From contig CAVWBU010000016.1 of the NCBI GenBank assembly GCA_963753345.1, forward strand, positions 160,001-224,000: DNA of 64,000 nucleotides. Direction: 5' to 3'. The DNA comes from an uncultured Fibrobacterota bacterium. GTDB taxonomy: Bacteria; Fibrobacterota; Chitinivibrionia; Chitinivibrionales; FEN-1185. The position numbers and the translations under genes are program-made. Of the stretch, positions 53,400-62,900 are shown piece after piece. Position 1 is the stretch's first letter. Each line of letters starts with the position of its first letter. Below the pieces are notes generated by a model. That model was given only the letters and a program-made list of their open reading frames with translations, was not told where the DNA came from and did not search any database.

Positions 53400-55211
53400 A
53401 TGAAATCGTTTTCCCAAACATGCGGCATTGCGCTGCGGCGCGCCGAGAACGCGCTCGCGGTGCTCATTCTGGCCGGCCTGAGCCTCATTCCCATTCTGGA
53501 AATCTCGGCGCGCACCTTCTTGGGGACCGGCGTGCTCGGTTCCACCGACTACGTCCAGCACCTTGTCTTGTGGATCACGTTCGTGGGCGGCATGTTCGCC
53601 TCGCGCGAGCGGCGCCACCTCTCGGTGACCGCGGGCCTGTCGCTGTTCCCCGCCCGCGCCCGCGTGTGGGCCGAGACCGCGGTCTCGTTCATTTCGGTGG
53701 CAGTGGTTTCCTGCCTCGCCTGGTCCGCCTACTCATTTGTTAAGGTCGGCATCGACCCGTCGCAGATGGTGGGCGCACTGCGGGCACAGTGGGCGGCATG
53801 CATCATGCCGGTCGGGTTCGGCGTGATGGCCCTGCGGTTTATCGTTCATGCGCCGAAGGGTATCCTTTACAAGGCGATAGCCGCCTGCGGCGCCGTCGCG
53901 GTTGCGCTCATGCTCACGGCGGGCCTGCCTTTTGCGGGCAGAGTTGCGCTGCCGCTCGCGGTGATCCTCGTTGCGTCGTTTCCGTTCGGGGCGCCCATCT
54001 TTGTGGTGCTGGGCGGGCTTGCCCAGACCTATCTGCTGGGCGGCGGCGAGCTCGCCGCGGTTCCCAACGAAGCGTACACCATGCTCACCGGCCCGGTGAT
54101 GCCCACCATACCGCTCTTCTCACTCGCAGGATATCTGCTTTCCGAAAGTAAAGCGGGCGAACGCCTCGTGCGACTCTTTCGAGCGCTGTTCGGCTGGATG
54201 CCCGGCGGCCTCACCCTCATGGCCATTCTGGTGTCGGCATTTTTTACCACGTTCACCGGCGCATCGGGTGTCACGGTCATCGCGCTCGGCGGACTGCTTT
54301 CGTTCGTCCTAATCAGGAGCGGATACAAGAAAGGGTTCTCGGAAGGCTTCATCACCGCCTGCGGCAGCGTCGGGCTCCTGTTTCCGCCGAGCCTCGCGGT
54401 GATCCTCTACGGCGTGGTCTCGCATGTCAACATCCGTCATCTGTTCGTCGCGGGTATGCTGCCCGGCTTCTTCGTGGTGACCGCGATGGCAGTGGTGGGC
54501 GCGGCAAATTCCCGGCGCAACAAGATTCCCCGCACGCCGTTTAACGCACGGGAAGCCGCCATAGCCCTCCGGGAATCGGCGTGGGAGATCCTGCTGCCCG
54601 TGTTTATCCTCGTGGGATTCTTCAAAGGCTACTTCACCCTTGTGGAAACGGGCGCGATTTCGGTGCTGTACGTGGCGATCGTCGAAGTGGTGATCACCAG
54701 GGACATCAAGATTAAGAACCTTCCCTCGGCGCTTCTCACCTGCGTGCCCATTGTCGGCGGGGTTCTGGTGATACTCGCGTCTGCAAAGGGGCTCTCCTAC
54801 TGCGTGATCGACGCCGAAATCCCCACCAGGCTCTCTGCATGGGCGCAGGCGACGATCCACTCAAAGTACGTGTTCTTGCTCCTGCTCAACGCGGCGCTCC
54901 TTGTGGTGGGCTGTTTTATGGACATTTTTTCGGCCATCATCGTGGTGGTGCCGCTCATCGCGCCGCTGGGCGCGGCGTTCGGCATCGAGCCGGTGCACCT
55001 GGGCATCATTTTTCTCACCAACCTCGAAATAGGCTATCTTATGCCGCCAGTGGGCATCAACCTGCAGCTCGCCTCGTTCCGGTTCGGCGAGAACCTGCCT
55101 TCGATGTACCGGCTGATATTCCCTTTTGTTTTTGTCCTGTTCGCGGCGGTGCTTGCCATCACCTATCTTCCGTTTTTGTCAACGTGGCTGGTGCACATCA
55201 TTTACGGCTGA
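53400..55211 (+). CDS. TRAP transporter fused small+large permease (DctQ-DctM)
   Basis: N-terminal DctQ-like TMs; IPLFSLAG, FTTFTGASGVT, GLLFPPS, PVHLGIIF..NLEIGYLMPPVG. Confidence 0.9.
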   Translation: MKSFSQTCGIALRRAENALAVLILAGLSLIPILEISARTFLGTGVLGSTDYVQHLVLWITFVGGMFASRERRHLSVTAGLSLFPARARVWAETAVSFISVAVVSCLAWSAYSFVKVGIDPSQMVGALRAQWAACIMPVGFGVMALRFIVHAPKGILYKAIAACGAVAVALMLTAGLPFAGRVALPLAVILVASFPFGAPIFVVLGGLAQTYLLGGGELAAVPNEAYTMLTGPVMPTIPLFSLAGYLLSESKAGERLVRLFRALFGWMPGGLTLMAILVSAFFTTFTGASGVTVIALGGLLSFVLIRSGYKKGFSEGFITACGSVGLLFPPSLAVILYGVVSHVNIRHLFVAGMLPGFFVVTAMAVVGAANSRRNKIPRTPFNAREAAIALRESAWEILLPVFILVGFFKGYFTLVETGAISVLYVAIVEVVITRDIKIKNLPSALLTCVPIVGGVLVILASAKGLSYCVIDAEIPTRLSAWAQATIHSKYVFLLLLNAALLVVGCFMDIFSAIIVVVPLIAPLGAAFGIEPVHLGIIFLTNLEIGYLMPPVGINLQLASFRFGENLPSMYRLIFPFVFVLFAAVLAITYLPFLSTWLVHIIYG

Positions 55212-55232
55212 CGCAATCCGAAAGGAGCTTTT

Positions 55233-56474
55233 GTGACGCTGTTTATTATCACCGTGGCCGCCACCATGGCGGTGGCATTTCTGTGTTCCCTCATGGAGGC
55301 CTGCCTCATGAGCCTGTCGCTCGCCGACATCGCGAAGATCACCGAGGGCCGGCAGACCGTGGGCAACATCTGGAAGGGCCTCCGCGACAACATCCAGAAA
55401 CCCATTGCGACCATCCTCGTGATCAACACGCTGGCGACCACGGTGGGCGCCGCGCTTTCCGGAACGCAATTCGCCGATCTTTTCGGCGTGAAATGGGTCT
55501 GGCTGTACTCAATCGTTCTTGCCATGATGATGATCCAATGGTCCGAGATACTGCCCAAGACGCTCGGATACCGCAATAACCGGTTCATCGCCGGCGTGTT
55601 CGGCCTGCCGTTCAAGGGGCTGGTCGAAGGCATGAGGCCCGTGCTCTGGGTGACGCAGTTCCTCAACCGCCCCTTCACGGGCAAGCGGGCCCTGTCGCAG
55701 GCGGATGCGCTCGGCGACATCAACGTGCTCACGCGGTTTGCCGCGCTCAATAATCTTATCAGTAAAGAGCAGGCCCGACTCGTGATGCGGAGCATCGGCC
55801 TGTCCAAGACGCCGGTGTCCGAGGTGATGATGAAGCGCGAGCAAGTGAAGCTGCTGTCGAACACCATGACCCTCACCGACGCGCTGGTCGCCGCGCACCT
55901 CCACTACCACACACGCTACCCCATCGCCGACGGCGGCGACGTGGACCGGATTTTGGGCTACGTCAATTTCAAGGACATCGTTATCGCGTTGCACATCAAC
56001 CCCAAGGACCCCACGCTCAAGGGCATCATGCGGCCAATGCTGTTTGTCAATGTTGCCGACACCGCGCTGGTGGTGCTTAACAAAATGATACTCGGCCACC
56101 ACCACATCGCCATCGTGCGCGACAGCGCCGGCCGCACAGCAGGCCTCGTCACCCTCGAAGACATCATCGAGGAGGTGTTCGGCGAAATCCAGGACGAGTT
56201 CGACATTCTGCCCCGATTCGTGCGCGCCATTCCCGACAACCGTTTCCTGGCCGGCGGCGCCACGCCCATGAGCGAGCTGCGCGAAAAAGTGTGCCCGGAC
56301 TTTCCCGACGTGCCGACCACCGTTGATTCGTGGATACGGTCGCACACGAGAAAGGCGCTGCAGAAGAAATCGGTGGTCAGGTTTTCCGGCTGGGAATTCG
56401 TGATTGCAAAGGTGAGAAGGTCGCAGATTCATGAGGTGATTGTGGAGTGTACGAAGAAGAATGATGGAGAATAA
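55233..56474 (+). CDS. CNNM/HlyC-CorC family protein (DUF21 + CBS + CorC)
   Basis: FLCSLMEA, ILVINT, SEILPKTLG, HTRYPI, GLVTLEDIIEEVFGEIQDEFD. Confidence 0.92.
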   Translation: MTLFIITVAATMAVAFLCSLMEACLMSLSLADIAKITEGRQTVGNIWKGLRDNIQKPIATILVINTLATTVGAALSGTQFADLFGVKWVWLYSIVLAMMMIQWSEILPKTLGYRNNRFIAGVFGLPFKGLVEGMRPVLWVTQFLNRPFTGKRALSQADALGDINVLTRFAALNNLISKEQARLVMRSIGLSKTPVSEVMMKREQVKLLSNTMTLTDALVAAHLHYHTRYPIADGGDVDRILGYVNFKDIVIALHINPKDPTLKGIMRPMLFVNVADTALVVLNKMILGHHHIAIVRDSAGRTAGLVTLEDIIEEVFGEIQDEFDILPRFVRAIPDNRFLAGGATPMSELREKVCPDFPDVPTTVDSWIRSHTRKALQKKSVVRFSGWEFVIAKVRRSQIHEVIVECTKKNDGE

Positions 56475-56529
56475 AGAAAATATTCATGCGGGTGATGTTC
56501 AGCCTGTCTCAAAACTCAAGAGAAGATCT

Positions 56530-56664
56530 GGGCGCCCCGCCGAAGACGGCGGCGGTTCTCCTTTCGGGCTCGGCTATTCGCCTCGTTGCCGGACCGCCCT
56601 AGTCGCCTGCGGCGAGGGTCGGCCGGCAATGCGCTCTGGCGCACCCTTCAGTCCAACCTGGCGC
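56530..56664. repeat. Structured repeat family I, copy 9 (C-rich strand = +)
   Basis: GGGCGCC...CGGTTCTCCTTTCGGGCTCGGCTATTCGCCTCGTTGCCGG...CCCTTCAGTCCAACCTGGCGC. Confidence 0.9.
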
Positions 56665-56768
56665 AGCGGCATCAGAACTCTATTCAGTCAACTGTCTTCC
56701 TTACGCCAGGCAGAGTCTTTAATAAGTCAAAAGCAACATTTTTCTATATGAACTTCTCAACTACTCTC

Positions 56769-56918
56769 CGTGGGTGCCCCCACACAGGAGTCTGGTTCTG
56801 CAACTGCATCCACTTGGGGGTCACCCAGGAGGGGGTAGCGGAGGACCGGTCGCGCGCATTGGAATGCTTGTTTGTAAAGTAGCGCGACCGGGCCGCAGCG
56901 AGGGGGATACCTCCCTCC
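56769..56918. repeat. Structured repeat family II, copy 5 (G-rich strand = +)
   Basis: CGTGGGTGCCCCC..CTGCAACT..GGGGGTCACCCAGGAGGGGGTAGCGGAGG...GGGCCGCAGCGAGGGGGATACCTCCC. Confidence 0.9.
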
Positions 56919-56949
56919 TTGCGTGCTTTTCTTATACGTCAAATACTAC

Positions 56950-59900
56950 TTATCTCGACACTATCCCCACCGCGCCGAAAAGCTTCGACACGGTCTTCTT
57001 CCCCGAAGGGTCGGCATACCACAGCACCAGCAAGGTGCGGTAGACGCCGGGCGCGCACTTCGTGCCGCGGGAGTTCGAGCAGTTCCAGTAGATGTCGAAG
57101 TCGTAGGTGCTCGACGACGACGCCACCCAGTTCGACGGGACTATTCCCTTAGTTGATTTCGAGCTGTCGACCGACGCCACCACGTTCCCGATAACGTCGA
57201 AGATGATGAGCCTGGCGGTCACCGTCTGATTGGCCACCGGCACGATCTTGAAGGTGAGAACCGCTCCCGCGCCGTCCTGCCGCACCCAGTTCCTCGCGTT
57301 TGGCTGGTATGCCAGGTTGAGCGCGCCCGGGTTTTCACGGTTGAACGTACCCGTTGTCGGGTTCGGGGCCGCAAGGATCTGCTGAGCCCGCACGCTGCCG
57401 ACCACCACCTGCACCAGCCGGTTGTTTGCCGCCGGCGCATTGACGGAGCCGCTTTGCGTCCGGTCCGACAGGCTTTTGCCGGTTGAATCCGAGACAAGGC
57501 TCAGGTAGTTCTTCGAGGTGAGATCATTGCCGTTTGTCATGTAGAAATCGACCGAAACGCCGGAATCAACCTGGAAGAAATCCTTGATGCCGACGAGCAT
57601 GCCCGTGACTTCGATGAGCGTGTCGGTCCCGTTGGCGAGAACGGAATCCGTCCAAACGCGGATCAGGCTCCCGGGGGCGAGCGCCGTGTTGAAGCCGTTC
57701 CCGTTGGTACCGATCGGCTCGGAGAACGTTACGGTCACCTTGTCCTGCGTCCGGGAGCCGACCGACCCAATCGTCTTGGTCACCATCCAGATCACCGGCC
57801 CTGCCCCGTCCGTAGCCTGTGTGTTGACAACCGACGAAGCGCCGCTGAGCCCTGTAATGGTGATCGTCGGCGTCCATCCGGTCTGCGGATACTTGTACGT
57901 CGGGTCGGTGCTTTTCGGTTCGTCAAGATTAAGCACAAACACCGAGTCGGTCCTCGTGCCGTTTTGCGAGGTCACGCTGTCGACGGTAAGCGAATAGGTG
58001 ACTTTCTGGCCAGTCACCGGGTCCTGGTATGTTCCGGAGAACGTAATGCTGTACGTGCCCGAGTCGGGCCAGGTGATGGGCTTGTCGAAATGCAGCACGA
58101 TGTGGTCGAGGTAACCGTCGCCGTTGACATCCTCCGTCACCGCGCTTGTCAGCCGTGCGGCAGGGCCGGTTATGGAAACGAAAACGCTGTCGGAAACTGT
58201 TTTTCCGCCGGACGTGTCGGACGCGATAATAAACCCGTTCTCATCGTTCTTCACGGTGCCCGCATTGTAGTACACGCGGGAAACATTGGTCGCGTTCCCT
58301 ATGGCATGCAGCGTTCCGGTGGTTGCCCAGTTGCCGGCCGCTTCGCCGCGATTGTTGCCGTACCTGTCGTATCCAATGGCGATGATGAGTTCCGAGCCGC
58401 TGGGATAATCCAGATGGATCGTATCGAGGTTTTTCCCGCTCAGGTCCTGCAGCGCAATGCTGCTGAGCGCGGCCGGGTACATGGTGAAGGGTCCCGACGA
58501 AGCGTTCACGCCCCTCATTGCGGCGACCACCGTCTCCATGCTGTCCTTGTCGGCCGGCGGAGCGTAGTACAGGACGAATTTCACCGTGTCAATGCCGTTC
58601 TGAAAACACTCCCTGAGCGGTGTGCCCATGGTCACCGCGGTGTCGCCGATCACAAGGGGAGACGGCCGTCCGCTGCCGCCCGTGCCCAGGGCATTCTGAT
58701 AGGTCACGCTGTCGCAATACGCCCCCGGCACGAGGCCGTCCTTGTTATTAATCCGCACCACGGCCGTCATGGTGTCGCCGGCGATGCGCTGCTGGGGCGA
58801 CGTGAGAATCTGGATCTCCATCGTGACGGGCGGCCCGACCGTAAAATTGACAGTCACGAAATCGGGTTTCGTCGTTACGGTGTCGTTGCCGAGCGTAACC
58901 CGTATGAAGCCCGTGCCGGGCTTGTCGGGAGAGAATGTCCAGTTCTGGGCGCTCGCGGGCGCCGCCGGCACGATACTCAGGCCAATCGAGCTTTCCCATT
59001 GCGCCGACACGAATTCCCACACCGAATCGGTGGACCGCTGGCCCTCGACTTCAAGCGTGGTGTCCTGGTTCGTATTCATGGTGAGGTTTGTTATGTGCGT
59101 GGGACCGGCGCCCGTCACGATCCGCAGCGCAATGTAATAGTACTGCAGAACAAGGGCCGTCGTGGTGTCGGTGAGCCCCGGATAGTCCAGGCTTGTGGCG
59201 ACCACTTTTGCCCTGTCTCTGGGCGCGGACTCCACTCTTGTGATCACACCCTCGCCCTGGCTCTTCTGGCCGTCGGCCACGGTCACCACCGCGGTGTCGA
59301 GACTCAGCCACGCCGTGTTCTGCGAGGTCCCGATGTAGTTCTGATAGGCGTCCCGTATCACCGCATACACAAGCCCGTACTTCACCGAGCTTGGAATTTG
59401 TACCAGGGTATCGGGATTGTCCTTGTGCGGACTCGCCTCCTCCCGCGGATCGTTCTCGATAACAAGATGGACGGGCCTGCCGGCAACCACCGTCACTTTG
59501 ATCGTCGCGTCGTAGGTCTGGCCGTTCTGCTTGAATTCTGCGGTGAGCAGCACCGTGTTGTTCGCCCGTGTCGGCGTGTACACGGTGGATGAGCCGGTCG
59601 CAGGAGTAAAGCTGCCTGTCGGAACGTCGGTGTTGCCCTGCTGCTCCACAATCGACCATGTGATAGGCGCCGACGGCGATTCAAATGACGACAGCCAGTT
59701 GCCCGCCTTGTCGAACACCTTTGCAAATACGGGCAGGGCCTCTCCCGCCGAATCGACAATCGCCTGGTTCACGCCCGGATACGGCTGCTGCTTCGCGGGA
59801 TCGCCTGCGGCCGGGTACAGCACGATGCTGCGCGCCCCGCCGGCAGTGAACTGCACCTGTATCGAATCGGGCTTTGCCGAGCCGAGGCTCACCCGTATCA

Positions 59901-62900
59901 CGCCGCTGCCCGTGTTGGTCGGCGACACGTTCCAGTTGTTCGAAGCGCCCGGAGGCGCGAGGACGGTGGTGAGGCCCGCGCTCATGGACCATGCCGCGGG
60001 AACATAGTCCCATCCCGTATTGTCGGAACGCAGCCCCTGCACCTGCAGCACGGTGTCTTGTTCAATAGCCATTGTCAAGGAACTTATCTTTGTGGAGTCC
60101 CGCACCACGATGCGGAGCGCGGTGTAGGAAACGTTGCTGAGCACCACCAGCACGCTGTCCGTAAAGGCGGGCGTTTTCCCGTCGTGCGCAATCACCCATG
60201 CCTGGCCCAGGTTCGTTCTGCGCAACAGGATTCCGGTGCCCGTGGTCGGATCGCCGTTGATCACGGCGGCCTGCGTGGTATCGCGGCTCAGCCACGCCGT
60301 GGGGTTCGAGAAGCCGACAAAATTGCCGAATTGATCCCGCAGCACCGCATACACCGCCAGCGATGTGTCGGTGCCGAGAATGGCGACCTGTCCGGCGCGG
60401 TGCGCGGCATTGGGATACGCGGTCTTTCCGGTGGTGTCGGGCTCTATCACGAGAAACGCGGCGGGTCCGGGAGTTATGGTGATTTTAATCGACTTCGACA
60501 GGGTGATATTCGCATCTGTATAGGTAGCCGTCACCGTGACGGTCTGATAGGCCTTGACTCCTGTAAACGTGGTCTGAAACCCGCTGGAGGGCAGGAGCGT
60601 CGCCGCCCCAGGCGGATCTGTTGTCCAGGTGAACGGCGCGTCGGAACGCTCGTACCCGCTCAGCCAGTCGCTGCTCTGCGTGAACAGCTTCGCCACAATC
60701 GGAAAGGGAACGCCCGCCACCACGGTGTCCGCTGGCGGATATGCCACGTTCGTCGCTGTGTTGGGCTGGCCCGGCGCAGGGTACAGCGCCATGACGGCGG
60801 GGTTGCCATAGGAGAAAATGGCGGTGATCGTGTCGGTTCTCTTTTGCGCTGCCGTGCCCCAGACGATGAATATCCTCCCCGAGCCCGGGCTTGCGGGAGA
60901 GAGGCTCCACGACGACGTGTCTGCCGCCGGCGCAGGCTTGTCAAACGAGAGGCCGCTGCTGCCCCATGTCACCTTGAGGTCGTCCCAGATGCCGCTGCCG
61001 TCGTCGCGGAGTCCGCGCGCCATGAGGGTGGTGTCCTGGTCGGTTCTCATTTGCAAGGTATCGATGTTCACCGAGCCCCGCACCACGATCTGAATCTGCG
61101 AATAGCCCACCGCATCGAGGTTCACCTGCACCGAGTCCTTGAGCGCTCCCTGGGTCACGGCCACCCATGTGTTCGAGCTGTTCGGCGTCTGCCGCGTGAT
61201 TTCCCCTTCCCCCATGGGCACGCTCGCATACGCGGCGGTCACCACACCGGTGTTCCTGCTTGTCCAGGTCGCGGCTGTCGCACGGCCCACAAAGTTGCTG
61301 TCGGCGTCGCGCAGCACCGCAAACACGCTGTCTTTGAGTACGGTGTTTCCCATGGTGATCGAACCGAGCCGCCTGTCTGCGTTGAGGCTTTGGCTGGAGT
61401 CCCAGACGGCCTCGATGACGAGTTGCGTGGGAAGGCCGGGCAGAATATGGAGCTGTATCGAGTCCCTGGCAACGACGCTGCCGTCGTTGTAGGTTGCGAT
61501 CACGTAAACGGAGTTGTATGCCCTGGTCGGCGTGAATGCGGTCGCATCCCCGTTGGTCGGGATCACGGACCCTGTCGGCGGCAGCTTGTTGCCCGCGAAT
61601 TCGTAGACCGTCCATGTGACCGGCGACGTGCCGGTTTCGTAGTCTTTAAGCCAAATTCCTGCTTTGTCAAACACTTTCGCCACTATGGGAACGGCAACGC
61701 CGGCCGTGTCCGCAATGGGGTACACCGGGTCGAAATAGGGAGCGTTTCCCGGGCCCGGGGGGCCGGTGAGAGGATAGAGCGCTATGTATCGCGGCGCACC
61801 GTGCAAAAAAGTCACCTGCACCGAGTCGGGCAGTGCACTCCCCAGGGTCACCTTGATCCAGCCCGTGCCCGTGTCCGACGGATACACGAGCCAGCTCGCC
61901 GACGCCCCGGGCGCGCCCGTCAGGGTCTGCAGAGTGCCGGTTTCGGTCCACGCGGCGGGCACGGAATCCCATCCCGTGCCGTCGGAGCGCAGGCCCTGCA
62001 CCTTGAGAACAGTGTCCTGGTCTATGCTCATGACCAGGTTGTGGTTGTAAAGAGCCGCCGAGTCGCGCACCACGATGCGCAGCGCGGTGTAGGAAATGTT
62101 GCTTAACACAACGAGAACGCTGTCGTGCAAAGCAGGATTGCCCACATCCTGCGCGAACCACATATGCTTGGCCGGAAGCGTGTCATTGCGTATGCACACC
62201 CCCTCGCCTAGTCGCGGCATTGCCTACCGAGTCTCCCACCGTTGCGGGTGTTCCTGCTGGTCCAGGTTGTCGGATCGGAAAATGACGACGAAGTTGCCGA
62301 TACTGGTCGCGCAGCACCGCGTATACCGATATTTTCGTCGCCGTGCCGAGGATGGTGACGGTCCCGGCCCGGTGCGGTGTATTGGGGTACGCGCTCTGCC
62401 CGGTTGCATCCGGCTCGATGACCAATTGGGAAGCGGCGGCGGGCAGAATGGTGATGGAGATAGACTTGCTGATCCCGCCTGTAAAGGTCGCCGTCACCTT
62501 TACCGTTTTTCCCGCAACGGTTCCCATGAATGAGGCGATAGACCCGTTTACAGTGAGCGTGCCCGCGGTTGTGGGATTCCCGACGGGATCGGTAAGGGTC
62601 CAGGCGAACCCCGACGCACCGGCGCCTTCATAGGCGCTGAGCCATTCGTTGCTTCCCGAGAATATCTTGGCGTACAGCGGGAATGCCTGTCCCGCCGTCA
62701 CATTGGCCGAGGGAGCGTAGGCAGCGTTGCCCGGAACGTTGGGTGTGCCGGCGTTCGGATACAGCGACATGGTGGCAGGAGCGCCGACGCTGAACGTCGC
62801 ATTTATCGTGTCGTACAGCGATCCCATGGAAATAAAGATCTTACCTGTCGCGGCCGTGTCGGGCTGGAAGGACCACGAAAAACCGTAAGGAGGGGAAAGT

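Noticed and set aside
17896..56918. Repeats as a CRISPR array or integron attC sites
   Set aside because: Dispersed rather than tandem, too long and too diverged for CRISPR, and no cas genes. They lack the RYYYAAC/GTTRRRY attC ends and flank housekeeping genes in both orientations.
17896..56918. Repeats as riboswitches or simple intrinsic terminators
   Set aside because: They occur in both orientations next to functionally unrelated genes, mostly lack a following U-tract, and show no aptamer consensus I recognise.
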